From positions 856,958 through 888,957 of the forward strand of contig JADJQX010000008.1 in NCBI GenBank assembly GCA_016712525.1: a DNA stretch of 32,000 nt, read 5' to 3'. The notes under the pieces are model-generated. The model was not told where the DNA came from and did not search any database. It was given only the letters and a program-made list of their open reading frames with translations. The position numbers and the translations under genes were made by a program. Positions 1 through 7,853 of this stretch are shown piece by piece (position 1 is the stretch's first letter; the number at the start of each line of letters is the position of its first letter). This DNA comes from Myxococcales bacterium (GTDB lineage: Bacteria > Myxococcota_A > Polyangia > Polyangiales > Polyangiaceae).

Positions 1-171
1 CGCGAGGGTCGAGGTGTGCGCGAGCGTCTTGCCCGTGACGTCGTCGATCGCCTGGGCGTAGATGTGCTTCAGGCTGCGGAAGACGGTGACACGCGGGCGC
101 TCCGCGGTTCCGCTGATCTTGCGACGAATACGGAGCTTGCGGCGCTCCCGACCGACAACTTGCATGGCCAT
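1..171 (-). CDS. rplR: 50S ribosomal protein L18, N-terminal part (gene continues past the left window edge)
   Basis: Hand translation of the minus strand from ATG at 171 gives [57 protein letters not shown], the canonical L18 N-terminus (PR..VFRS.KHIYAQ.ID). AAGGA lies ~9 nt upstream. It sits in the expected position after rplF. It is absent from the ORF track because it is truncated. Confidence 0.9.
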   Translation of the reverse strand, partial: MAMQVVGRERRKLRIRRKISGTAERPRVTVFRSLKHIYAQAIDDVTGKTLAHTSTLA

Positions 172-337
172 GACGATGATTCCTTTTGCGCTTCCCGGGG
201 ACGCACGGCGTTCCCCGAGGTTCTCGCTACGTTGGATGAGCCTCGGAGGGTGAGGCTCGGAGAGGGAGAGCCGGGGCCCTCGAGCGGCGCGGAGTCACTA
301 CCCCTACGCCGCCCGGAGCGCAACCGGCTCGTGAGCC

Positions 338-932
338 TTACTTGCCCTTGCCGCCGGCCTTGCCCGCCTTTTCGCGGACCTTCTCGCCGCGGTAGCGGAC
401 GCCCTTGCCGGCCGTAGGGGCTGGGGGGGCGGAAGCCACGGATGGTGGCGGCCGTCTGGCCCATGACCTCTTTGTCGGCGCCTTCGAGCTGGATGACCGT
501 TCCCTTGCTGTCGCCGGGGATGGTCACCTTGATGCCCTGGGGCACGGGGAAGTTGACGGGGTGCGAGAGGCCGAGCGAGAGGTTCAGGATCGCGCCCTTG
601 AGCTCGGCGCGGTAGCCGGTGCCCTGGAGCTCGAGGACCTTCGTGTAGCCTTCGGCGCAGCCCGTGACCATGCTCTGGAGGAGCGCGCGGGCGAGGCCTT
701 GGAAGCGGGCGCCGTCGCGACCGGAGACGGTCGGCTTGACGGTGACGCTCGGGCCGTCGACGGTGATGTCGACGTTCGGGGTGATGGCGCGCGAGAGCTC
801 GCCCTTCGGCCCCTTGACCGACATTTTGCCGTTCGCGATCGAGAGGGTGACGCCCTTGGGGATCGTCACCGGGCGCTTGCCCACGCGGGACTGACGGATC
901 TTCTCTTCCGTCTGCGTTGCGGGAGTCGTCAT
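338..932 (-). CDS. rplF: 50S ribosomal protein L6, with an apparent 1-nt frameshift near the 3' end (around 408-413)
   Basis: From ATG at 932: MTTPATQTEEKIRQSRVGKRPVTIPKGV...GYRAELKG..LNLSLGLSHPV...IRGFRPPSPY is collinear with L6. After ...PPSPY the conserved ending AGKGVRYRGEKVREKAGKAGGKGK* is found only in the adjacent frame, with stop TAA at 338-340. The same-frame continuation to 69 is an Arg/Pro/Gly-rich tail that overlaps rplR. Confidence 0.9.
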
Positions 933-936
933 GGGA

Positions 937-1332
937 TCACCAAACCTCGCAAAGGAGCTCACCGCCGACGCGCTGAGTCCGTGCATCCTTGTCGGTCATG
1001 ACTCCGCGGCTCGTCGAGAGGATGGAGATGCCCATCCCCGAGCGGACCCGCGGAATGCGGTCGAAGCGCACGTAGACGCGGCGGCCGGGCGTCGAGACGC
1101 GACGGATACCGTCGATCGCGCTCTCGCGGCCCTTGCCGTAGCGGAGGACGAGCACGAGCTTCTTCGGGCCTTCGCCCTCCGAGGTGCGCACGTCGTCGAG
1201 GAAACCCTCGCGCTTGAGCACGTGCGCCACGTGCTCTTTGAGGTTCGAGTGGGGCATCTCCGCGCGGTCGTGGCGGGCAAGGCCCGCGTTGCGGATACGC
1301 GTCAGCATGTCGGAAATGGGATCGGTCATCAT
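937..1332 (-). CDS. rpsH: 30S ribosomal protein S8
   Basis: MMTDPISDMLTRIRNA...SILSTSRGVMTDKDAR..VGGELLCEVW is the classic S8 sequence. Position in the spc-type order fits. Confidence 0.97.
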   Translation of the reverse strand: MMTDPISDMLTRIRNAGLARHDRAEMPHSNLKEHVAHVLKREGFLDDVRTSEGEGPKKLVLVLRYGKGRESAIDGIRRVSTPGRRVYVRFDRIPRVRSGMGISILSTSRGVMTDKDARTQRVGGELLCEVW

Positions 1333-1336
1333 GGCT

Positions 1337-1522
1337 TCACCAGCTCGCCTTGATCACGCCGGGGATTTCACCGCGGAGGGAGAACATGCGAAGGCAGACC
1401 CTGCAGAGCTCGAATTTGCGGTAGTAACCGCGAGCGCGGCCGCAGACCTTGCAACGGTTACGGTGCCGCACCTCGAACTTCGGGGGGCGATTGAGCTTCG
1501 CAAACTGAGATGCACGCGCCAT
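1337..1522 (-). CDS. rpsN: 30S ribosomal protein S14, short zinc-binding type Z
   Basis: 61 aa with CKVCGR...CRVC (two CxxC pairs) and the ending [11 protein letters not shown]. Position between rplE and rpsH fits. Confidence 0.95.
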   Translation of the reverse strand: MARASQFAKLNRPPKFEVRHRNRCKVCGRARGYYRKFELCRVCLRMFSLRGEIPGVIKASW

Positions 1523-1588
1523 CTGTTCCTCTGTGTCTCGCTACTTCGGTGAGAATCTTAAAGCTTGTTTAAAGTGCCTTCGCCCAGC

Positions 1589-2221
1589 TCACGCCTGGCG
1601 GAACGGCATTCCGAGGTGCTGGAGGAGAGCGCGCCCCTCTTCGTCCGTCTTGGCCGTCGTCACGAAGCTGATGTTCAGCCCCTTGATGACGTCGATACGG
1701 TCGTAGTTGATCTCGGGGAAGATGATTTGCTCCTTGAGGCCGAGGGTGTAGTTCCCCTTGCCGTCGAAGGCGCGACGGGAGACGCCGCGGAAGTCACGGG
1801 TGCGCGGGAGCGCGAGCGTGACGAGGCGGTCCAAGAACTCCCACATGTGGTTCTTGCGGAGGGTCACCATCGCGCCGATGGGGAGGTTCGCGCGGAGCTT
1901 GAAGCTCGCGATCGCCTTCTTCGAGCGCGTGACGACCGGCTTCTGGCCGGCGATGGCGCGAAGCTCCTCGACGGCGGCGTCGATGATCTTCGGGTTGGTC
2001 ACGGCGGCGCCGAGGCCCATGTTCAGAACGATCTTCTGAAGCTTGGGCACCTGCATCGGGTTCTTGTACCCGAACTGCTTCTTGAGCGCGGGAACGACCT
2101 CGTCCGAGTACTTCTTGATGAAGCGCGGAGCGACGGCCTCGGCCGTGGAGACGACCTTGGCGGCGGGGGCTTTCTTCTCGCCCTCGGGCTTGCCCTTCTT
2201 CTGCTTCTTCTCGTCGGCCAT
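1589..2221 (-). CDS. rplE: 50S ribosomal protein L5 with a ~30-aa Lys-rich N-terminal extension
   Basis: 210 aa. The core ...[18 protein letters not shown]...KAIASFKLR...PIG..VTLR...MWEFLDRL...LPR.RDFRG... is L5. ATG at 2221. Confidence 0.97.
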   Translation of the reverse strand: MADEKKQKKGKPEGEKKAPAAKVVSTAEAVAPRFIKKYSDEVVPALKKQFGYKNPMQVPKLQKIVLNMGLGAAVTNPKIIDAAVEELRAIAGQKPVVTRSKKAIASFKLRANLPIGAMVTLRKNHMWEFLDRLVTLALPRTRDFRGVSRRAFDGKGNYTLGLKEQIIFPEINYDRIDVIKGLNISFVTTAKTDEEGRALLQHLGMPFRQA

Positions 2222-2227
2222 GACTTA

Positions 2228-2575
2228 TTACTCCGCCTTCGCTTCCGCCTTCGCGGGCGTCGGGATGGTCTTGCCGCTCTTCACGGCGACGCGGGTCTTT
2301 GCACCCTTTTCGTCCTTGCCCGCGCGAACGCGGGTGCCCTTGCCCGTCTCCGGGTCGACGGGCATCACCTTCGAGGCGAACATGGGAGCCTCGCGCTCGA
2401 CGATGCCGCCCTGCTGGTTCTTGGGGTTCGGGCGCGTGTGGCGCTTGATCATGTTGATCCCCTCGACGACGACCTTGCCGTCCTCCTCGAGGATGCGAGC
2501 GACCTTGCCCTGCTTGCCCTTGTCCTTGCCACTGATGACGACGACGGTGTCGCCCTTACGAAGACGCGCGGCCAT
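2228..2575 (-). CDS. rplX: 50S ribosomal protein L24
   Basis: [25 protein letters not shown] is the KOW motif typical of L24. ATG at 2575 overlaps the rplN stop (TGATG). The GTG at 2578 offered by the track is an alternative start. Confidence 0.95.
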   Translation of the reverse strand: MAARLRKGDTVVVISGKDKGKQGKVARILEEDGKVVVEGINMIKRHTRPNPKNQQGGIVEREAPMFASKVMPVDPETGKGTRVRAGKDEKGAKTRVAVKSGKTIPTPAKAEAKAE

Positions 2576-2943
2576 CACAGAACCTCGGGCGCGAGAGAGA
2601 TGATTTTCATGAACTTCTTGCCGCGGAGCTCGCGCGCCACCGGCCCGAAGATACGGGTGCCGATCGGCTCGAGCTGGGCGTTGATGAGGACGGCCGAGTT
2701 CTCGTCGAACTTGATGTAGCTGCCGTCGGGGCGCGACTGCTCGCGGCGGGTGCGGACGACGACGGCCTTGGCCGTGTCACCCTTCTTCACCTTCGCGCCG
2801 GCGACCGCCTCCTGGATGGAGACGACGATCACGTCACCGATGCTGGCGTAACGACGACGCGAGCCGCCGAGCACCTTGATGCATTGTACACGCTTCGCGC
2901 CGGAGTTGTCCGCGACGTCGAGATTGGAGCGCATCTGAATCAT
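2575..2943 (-). CDS. rplN: 50S ribosomal protein L14
   Basis: [43 protein letters not shown]...[20 protein letters not shown] is the canonical L14 sequence. Confidence 0.97.
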   Translation of the reverse strand: MIQMRSNLDVADNSGAKRVQCIKVLGGSRRRYASIGDVIVVSIQEAVAGAKVKKGDTAKAVVVRTRREQSRPDGSYIKFDENSAVLINAQLEPIGTRIFGPVARELRGKKFMKIISLAPEVL

Positions 2944-2980
2944 GGCTGTTTCCTATTGCCTTCTTCGGAGGAGCTTCCGC

Positions 2981-3277
2981 TCATTCCTCGACGAACTTCT
3001 TGACGAGGCGGACCACGGTGAAGCGCTTGTCCTTCGAGATGGGGCGGTGCTCCTGGATCTCGACCTCGTCGCCGACCTTGTACTCGTTCTTCTCGTCGTG
3101 CGCCTTGTAGCGGGCGCGCGTACGGACGTACTTTCCGTAGAGCGCATCGCGGCGAGCCGAGACGGTCTCGACCACGACGGTCTTGTTCATCTTGTCCTTG
3201 ATGACCTTGCCGACCATCTTGCGGCGGAAGCCGTGGGCTTCGTTCGTCTGGGCGGGGGTGTTGGTTTGGTCGGACAT
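2981..3277 (-). CDS. rpsQ: 30S ribosomal protein S17
   Basis: 98 aa. ...KMVGKVIKDKMNKTVVVE...YGKYV....KYKAHDE.NE.KVGD.V.I.E.RPISK.KRF matches S17. Confidence 0.95.
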   Translation of the reverse strand: MSDQTNTPAQTNEAHGFRRKMVGKVIKDKMNKTVVVETVSARRDALYGKYVRTRARYKAHDEKNEYKVGDEVEIQEHRPISKDKRFTVVRLVKKFVEE

Positions 3278-3279
3278 GA

Positions 3280-3477
3280 CTACTTCGCCTCGCTCTTCTT
3301 CTCGGTCATCACGGTCTTCACGCGCGCGATGTCACGGCGGGCCTGCTTGAGGGCCGCGGTGTTGTCGAGGCGGTTCGTGAAGTTCTTGAAGCGGTTCTGA
3401 AAACGCTCACGGGTGAGGGTCTTCTCGAGCTCGGCGAGCTCTTCCGCGGTGCGCTCACGCAGATCCTTGGCCTTCAT
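3280..3477 (-). CDS. rpmC: 50S ribosomal protein L29
   Basis: 65 aa. [28 protein letters not shown]....[21 protein letters not shown] is L29-like. ATGA overlap with the rplP stop. Confidence 0.93.
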   Translation of the reverse strand: MKAKDLRERTAEELAELEKTLTRERFQNRFKNFTNRLDNTAALKQARRDIARVKTVMTEKKSEAK

Positions 3478-3890
3478 TGAATCACTCCACGAACGAGGAA
3501 CTTGTAGCCGAGGGGGAGCTTGTGGCCGGCGAGGCGGAAGGCCTCACGCGCGACGCTCTCGTCGATGCCCGAGATCTCGTACATGACGCGACCGGGCTGG
3601 ATGTCGGCAGCCCACTCTTCCACGCCGCCTTTGCCTCCACCCATGCGGACTTCCAAGGGCTTCTTGGTGACCGGGCGGTGGGGGAAGATGCGGATCCAGA
3701 GCTTGCCGGCGCGCTTCACGTGGCGGGTGATCGCCATACGAGCGGCTTCGATCTGACGAGCCGTGAGGCGGCCGGGCTCGGTCGCCTGCATGCCGAAGTC
3801 CCCGAACGAGACGTCACTGCCGCGCGCGGCAATGCCCTTGTTCGAGCCCTTCATCATCTTGCGGAACTTGGTGCGCTTGGGGGAAAGCAT
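3474..3890 (-). CDS. rplP: 50S ribosomal protein L16
   Basis: [13 protein letters not shown]...[45 protein letters not shown] is the canonical L16 pattern. Confidence 0.97.
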   Translation of the reverse strand: MLSPKRTKFRKMMKGSNKGIAARGSDVSFGDFGMQATEPGRLTARQIEAARMAITRHVKRAGKLWIRIFPHRPVTKKPLEVRMGGGKGGVEEWAADIQPGRVMYEISGIDESVAREAFRLAGHKLPLGYKFLVRGVIQ

Positions 3891-3920
3891 CGTTTTCTCC
3901 TAAGATTCCGGGAGGTTCGC

Positions 3921-4619
3921 TCAGACGCCCGTGATGGGGCGGCGAACACGGCGGGGGAGGACCTCGCCCTTGAAGATCCAGCACTTGACGCCGATGATGC
4001 CGTACTTGGTCTTGGCTTCGGCCGTGCCGAACTCGATGTCCGCGCGGAGGGTGTGGAGCGGGACGCGGCCTTCGCGGTACGTCTCCACGCGGCTCATCTC
4101 ACTGCCGCCGAGGCGACCCGAGCAGCGGATACGGATGCCCTTGGCGCCGAACTTCATGGCGGTCGAGAGGGCCTTCTTCATGGCGCGGCGGAACGCGACG
4201 CGGCGCTCGAGCTGGGTGGCGACGTTCTCGGCCACGAGCTGGGCCGACGTCTCCATCTTCCGGATCTCTTGGACGTCGATGAAGACTTCGTTGTCCGTGA
4301 AGGACTGGACGCCGGGGAACACGGTCTCGCCCTTGGCGGCGGTGCCCACGTTGCCGGTCTTGAGGGTCTCGATGCCCTTGCCGCCCTTACCGATGACCAT
4401 GCCGGGGCGCGCGGTGAAGACGATGACCTTCGCCTTGTTCGCGGCGCGCTCGACCTCGATGCCCGCGATGTTCGCGTTCATGAGGTACTCTTTGACGGCC
4501 CGCTTGATGCGGATGTCCTCGTGGAGCCACTTCGCGTACGCCTTGTCCTCGAACCACTTGGAGTTCCAGGTCTTGATGACGCCGAGGCGGAAGCCGTACG
4601 GATGAACTTTCTGACCCAT
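3921..4619 (-). CDS. rpsC: 30S ribosomal protein S3 (with a ~12-aa lineage-specific insertion relative to E. coli S3)
   Basis: [23 protein letters not shown]...[15 protein letters not shown]...[52 protein letters not shown] is the canonical S3 pattern. Confidence 0.97.
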   Translation of the reverse strand: MGQKVHPYGFRLGVIKTWNSKWFEDKAYAKWLHEDIRIKRAVKEYLMNANIAGIEVERAANKAKVIVFTARPGMVIGKGGKGIETLKTGNVGTAAKGETVFPGVQSFTDNEVFIDVQEIRKMETSAQLVAENVATQLERRVAFRRAMKKALSTAMKFGAKGIRIRCSGRLGGSEMSRVETYREGRVPLHTLRADIEFGTAEAKTKYGIIGVKCWIFKGEVLPRRVRRPITGV

Positions 4620-4663
4620 GTTCTTGCTCGCTCTTGGTCTTCTTAGAAAAGCCTCAGGGCCGC

Positions 4664-5008
4664 TCAGTCGCGGACGCCGAGCTCCACGGTGATGTGGCTC
4701 ATGCCCTTTTGAACGCGGGTCGCACGACCCTGGGCGCGGGGGCGCCAGCGGCGCATGTGCTTGTTGGGAGCCTTGTCGACGAACGCCGTCTCGACGAACA
4801 ACGCGTCGAGATCGACCCCGGGGCTCTGGGTGCGGGCGTTCGCCACGGCACTCTCGATGATCTTCTTGAGGACCGGAGCGCCTGATTTCGCCGTGAACTC
4901 GAGGAGCTGGAGAGCTTCTCCGGCCTGACGGCCGCGAACGAGATCCACCACGACCCGGGCCTTTCGCGGGCTCAACCGCGCGAAGCGGGCAATCGCCTTG
5001 CTGACCAT
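4664..5008 (-). CDS. rplV: 50S ribosomal protein L22
   Basis: [37 protein letters not shown]...K...SA.ANA...VDKAP...R..PRA.GRA.R..K..SHITV is L22. ATG at 5008 has GAAGG ~9 nt upstream. The track's GTG at 5038 adds 10 non-conserved residues and is less likely. Confidence 0.93.
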   Translation of the reverse strand: MVSKAIARFARLSPRKARVVVDLVRGRQAGEALQLLEFTAKSGAPVLKKIIESAVANARTQSPGVDLDALFVETAFVDKAPNKHMRRWRPRAQGRATRVQKGMSHITVELGVRD

Positions 5009-5557
5009 TTGAGAACCTTCTGGCCCCGTCGTACCCACGCTCGAGAACGATTTCTTCGATCGCGTGGGCCGTTACGGCTGCCCAATCAGAGAGAGAGGAC
5101 TTCCCGTACCCTTCCGGGAGACGGGAGCGCGCACTCTACGCAGAACGTCCATCTTCGCAAGCAGAAACGATCCTTTGGCGCCGCTTTTCTGCCGGGATGG
5201 CCTTTCCATGGCGTCCATGGCCCCGCCGCGGGCGGCGCGAGGGTCGCCCGCGGTACGCGAAGGCGCCACGACTCCCGTCGCCTCCTCGAGGAAGGCGAAG
5301 CGGGCTCGGCGGGTGCCTTAGGGCGCCTCGGCTTTCCCGTTCGAGCCCACGCGAGCTTTCGCTCGGGGTCGCCCATCCGGGAAAATAGAATCGGCGCCAC
5401 GTCAACCGGCTGGGGGGGGGGACGGCCAGGTCAACGTAGCGCCGGTTACGCCTATTGCGACCGGCGTGCCAGGCGCTGGGTACGTACTTTCAGACAGTTA
5501 CCCGTCGTTTTGGGGCACCCATTTTTCATTTTTGCAGCGCGCATTGCGAAAGTGGTG

Positions 5558-5578
5558 AAAAAGCCTGCGGATGCAGGC
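5558..5578 (-). terminator. Terminator-like hairpin on the minus strand (GCCTGC-atcc-GCAGGC followed by TTTTTC) with no annotated upstream gene to terminate
   Basis: Plus strand reads aaaaaGCCTGCggatGCAGGC. On the minus strand this is a 6-bp GC stem with a 4-nt loop followed by a T5 run. Confidence 0.35.
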
Positions 5579-5662
5579 GTGACGCGGGCGAGGTTTTGAC
5601 GCGGTTCGTCGGAGACGCAACGGCGATGGAAGGGCGCGTGGAACGGCGTTAGAAGGCCGCGC

Positions 5663-7183
5663 ATGGCCGACATCCACGACACCCTCGATCGCGTGACCCG
5701 AGGCGGGGCGCCCAAGTACCACCAGAAGAACGCGGAGACCGGGAAGCTCTTCGCGCGCGAGCGCATCACGAAGCTCGTCGATGCCGGCTCGTTCCAGGAG
5801 GACGGGGCCCTCGCCAACGTCGTCGACGCCGAGCTCCCTGCGGACGGCGTCATCTGCGGCACCGCGACGATCGACGGCCGTCCCGTCGCCCTGATGGCGA
5901 ACGACTCGACCGTGAAGGCGGGCTCGTGGGGGAAGCGCACCGTCGAGAAGATCCTCCGCATCCAAGAGACGGCCGCGAAGCTGCGTGTCCCGATGCTCTA
6001 CCTCGTCGACTCGGCCGGCGCGCGCATCACCGATCAGATCGAGATGTTCCCTGGCAAACGCGGCGCGGGGCGCATCTTCTTCAACCAGGTGAACATGAGC
6101 GGCGCCGTGCCGCAGGTGTGCCTTCTCTTCGGGCCGAGCGCGGCCGGCGGGGCCTATATTCCTGCGTTCTGCGACCTCGTCGTGATGGTCGAGGGGAACG
6201 CGAGCATGTACCTCGGGAGCCCCCGCATGGCCGAGATGGTCATCGGCGAGAAGGTCTCACTCGAGGACCTCGGCGGCGCGAAGATGCACTGCTCGGTGTC
6301 GGGCTGCGGCGATGTGCTCGTGAAGACGGAGGAAGAGGCGATCGACTTCTGCAAGCGGTACCTGTCGTACCTCCCGCAGAGCTGCGACGACGAGCCCGAG
6401 ATGGTCGCCTCGAAGGCGGCGAAGGCGGGCAAGCCGATCGAGGAGATCGTGCCGAAGGAAGAAGGAAAGTCCTTCGACATCGTGCACGTGATCGAGTCCA
6501 TCGTGGACGAAGGCAGCTTCCTCGAGATCAAGAAGCTCTTCGCTCGCGAGCTCGTCACGGGCTTCGCTCGCATCGAGGGGCGCGTGGTCGGCATCGTCGC
6601 GAACCAGCCGAAATGGCTCGGGGGGATGTTGCTCGTCGACTCGGCCGACAAGGCCGCCCGCTTCATCTGGCTCTGCGACGCCTTCAACGTGCCGCTGCTC
6701 TACCTGGCCGACGTGCCCGGGTTCATGATCGGCACGAAGGTCGAGCGGCAAGGCATCATCCGCGCGGGCGCGAAGATGATCGCGGCCGTCAGCGAGGCCA
6801 CCGTACCGAAGCTCTGCGTGGTCGTGCGCAAGGCGTACGGCGCCGGACTCTACGCCATGTGCGGCCCGGCCTTCGAGCCCGAGGCGACGATCGCCCTCCC
6901 CGGCGCGTCGATCGCCGTGATGGGCCCGGCCCCGGCCGTGAACGCCGTTTATTACAACAAGATCCAGGAGATCCCCGCGGGTCCCGAGCGCGACAAATTC
7001 GTGGCCGAGAAGCAGGCCGAGTACCGCGCCGACATCGACCTCATGAAGCTCGCGAGCGACCTCGTCATCGACGCCGTCGTGCCGGGAGACCGGCTCCGCG
7101 CCGAGATCTCGCGCAGGTTCGAGCGCGCCGAGGGCAAGGAGGAGCTCCGGCTCGCGAAGAAGCACATGGTCCCGCCGGTCTGA
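5663..7183 (+). CDS. Acyl-CoA carboxylase carboxyltransferase (beta) subunit, PccB/AccD5/MccB-like. Substrate is not assignable from sequence alone.
   Basis: 506 aa. ...KLFARERITKLVD.GSF.E...DGVI.G.ATIDGRPVALMANDSTVKAGSWG..T.EKI.R.QE.A.....P...LVDS.GAR...Q...F...GRIF......SG.VPQ......GPSAAGGAYIPA..D...MV is typical of the carboxyltransferase family. GAAGG lies 8 nt before the ATG. Third-codon-position GC is high. Confidence 0.9.
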   Translation: MADIHDTLDRVTRGGAPKYHQKNAETGKLFARERITKLVDAGSFQEDGALANVVDAELPADGVICGTATIDGRPVALMANDSTVKAGSWGKRTVEKILRIQETAAKLRVPMLYLVDSAGARITDQIEMFPGKRGAGRIFFNQVNMSGAVPQVCLLFGPSAAGGAYIPAFCDLVVMVEGNASMYLGSPRMAEMVIGEKVSLEDLGGAKMHCSVSGCGDVLVKTEEEAIDFCKRYLSYLPQSCDDEPEMVASKAAKAGKPIEEIVPKEEGKSFDIVHVIESIVDEGSFLEIKKLFARELVTGFARIEGRVVGIVANQPKWLGGMLLVDSADKAARFIWLCDAFNVPLLYLADVPGFMIGTKVERQGIIRAGAKMIAAVSEATVPKLCVVVRKAYGAGLYAMCGPAFEPEATIALPGASIAVMGPAPAVNAVYYNKIQEIPAGPERDKFVAEKQAEYRADIDLMKLASDLVIDAVVPGDRLRAEISRRFERAEGKEELRLAKKHMVPPV

Positions 7184-7213
7184 CGACCGACACCACGCGC
7201 CCCGGTACGAACC

Positions 7214-7258
7214 GACGCGGCGAGGCAGCCCAAGAAGGCGCCCGCCGCGTCCTTTTTT
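7214..7258 (+). terminator. Rho-independent terminator downstream of the carboxyltransferase gene
   Basis: GACGCGGCG (7214-7222) pairs perfectly with CGCCGCGTC (7243-7251), with an extra GGC/GCC extension. It is followed by C and T6 (7253-7258), 31 nt after the stop codon. Confidence 0.75.
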
Positions 7259-7325
7259 GCGCGGATGTTCCGCGTCGACGGCGCGTGGCTCGCCCTACCC
7301 TGCCCCCCGCGCTACGCTCTCCGCC

Positions 7326-7781
7326 ATGATTCCTGTCGCGCTCGTCGTCGTGCTGGTGCTCCTCTTCGTGTGGCTCAGGTTCAAGGGCGCGCCCGTCCCC
7401 CGCACCAAGCCGAGCGCGCCGACGTCGACGCCGGTCGACACGTTCGTGGCCGAGGCGCTCGCCCTCGAGCTTCGCAAGGTGAAGGGGCTCGACACGGAGG
7501 CGATTCGTCGCAAGCTCGTGGGCACCCTCGCCGGGGAGCCCGACCCGGACGTGGTCTCCGCGATCTCGCACGACGTGAAGGACGTGGAGCTCGAGTTCAC
7601 CAAGCTCTCCCACGAGACCGACGCCGAGCTCGCCGTAGTCGTGCGCTACGAGGACGGCCGCGAGGGCCGCGTGGCGAAGCGTATCGGCCTCGGGGATCTG
7701 CCGAAGGACGTGGTCGACGAGCTCACGAAGCGCGCCGTGACCCGCGTGTACCGCCCGTGGTCGTTCTCCTGGGAGCGCTGA
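7326..7781 (+). CDS. Hypothetical small protein with one N-terminal transmembrane helix (151 aa)
   Basis: ATG at 7326 gives MIPVALVVVLVLLFVWLRFKG..., a hydrophobic anchor followed by basic residues and then an acidic soluble part. Third-position GC is high. No recognisable RBS (ctctccgccATG), so the start is uncertain. The track start at 7257 lies inside the upstream terminator and was rejected. Confidence 0.6.
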   Translation: MIPVALVVVLVLLFVWLRFKGAPVPRTKPSAPTSTPVDTFVAEALALELRKVKGLDTEAIRRKLVGTLAGEPDPDVVSAISHDVKDVELEFTKLSHETDAELAVVVRYEDGREGRVAKRIGLGDLPKDVVDELTKRAVTRVYRPWSFSWER

Positions 7782-7853
7782 GGACCGCATCGTCGGGCCT
7801 GTCGGCAGAGCCGTCCGGCATCCGCGGGAACAAAAGGGCGCGACCTCCCGTCC

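Noticed and set aside
69-986. 305-aa ORF taken at face value as an extended L6 protein
   Set aside because: The first 18 residues precede the well-placed ATG at 932. The last ~128 residues are an Arg/Pro/Gly-rich read-through that overlaps the rplR start. The genuine conserved L6 C-terminus (GKGVRY...) lies in the neighbouring frame and ends at 338.
5337-5352. GTTCGAGCC motif suggesting a tRNA T-arm
   Set aside because: The flanking bases cannot form the 5-bp T-stem (tcccg vs ccacg), and no acceptor or anticodon arms could be built. It is not a tRNA.
5009-5599. ORFs in the rplV upstream gap (e.g. 5009-5599 plus, 5086-5400 minus, 5136-5405 minus) as possible rpsS remnants or small proteins
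   Set aside because: The translations are Arg/Pro/Gly-rich with no resemblance to S19, L2 or any recognisable family. They also overlap one another in several frames. This is typical of random open frames in GC-rich non-coding DNA.
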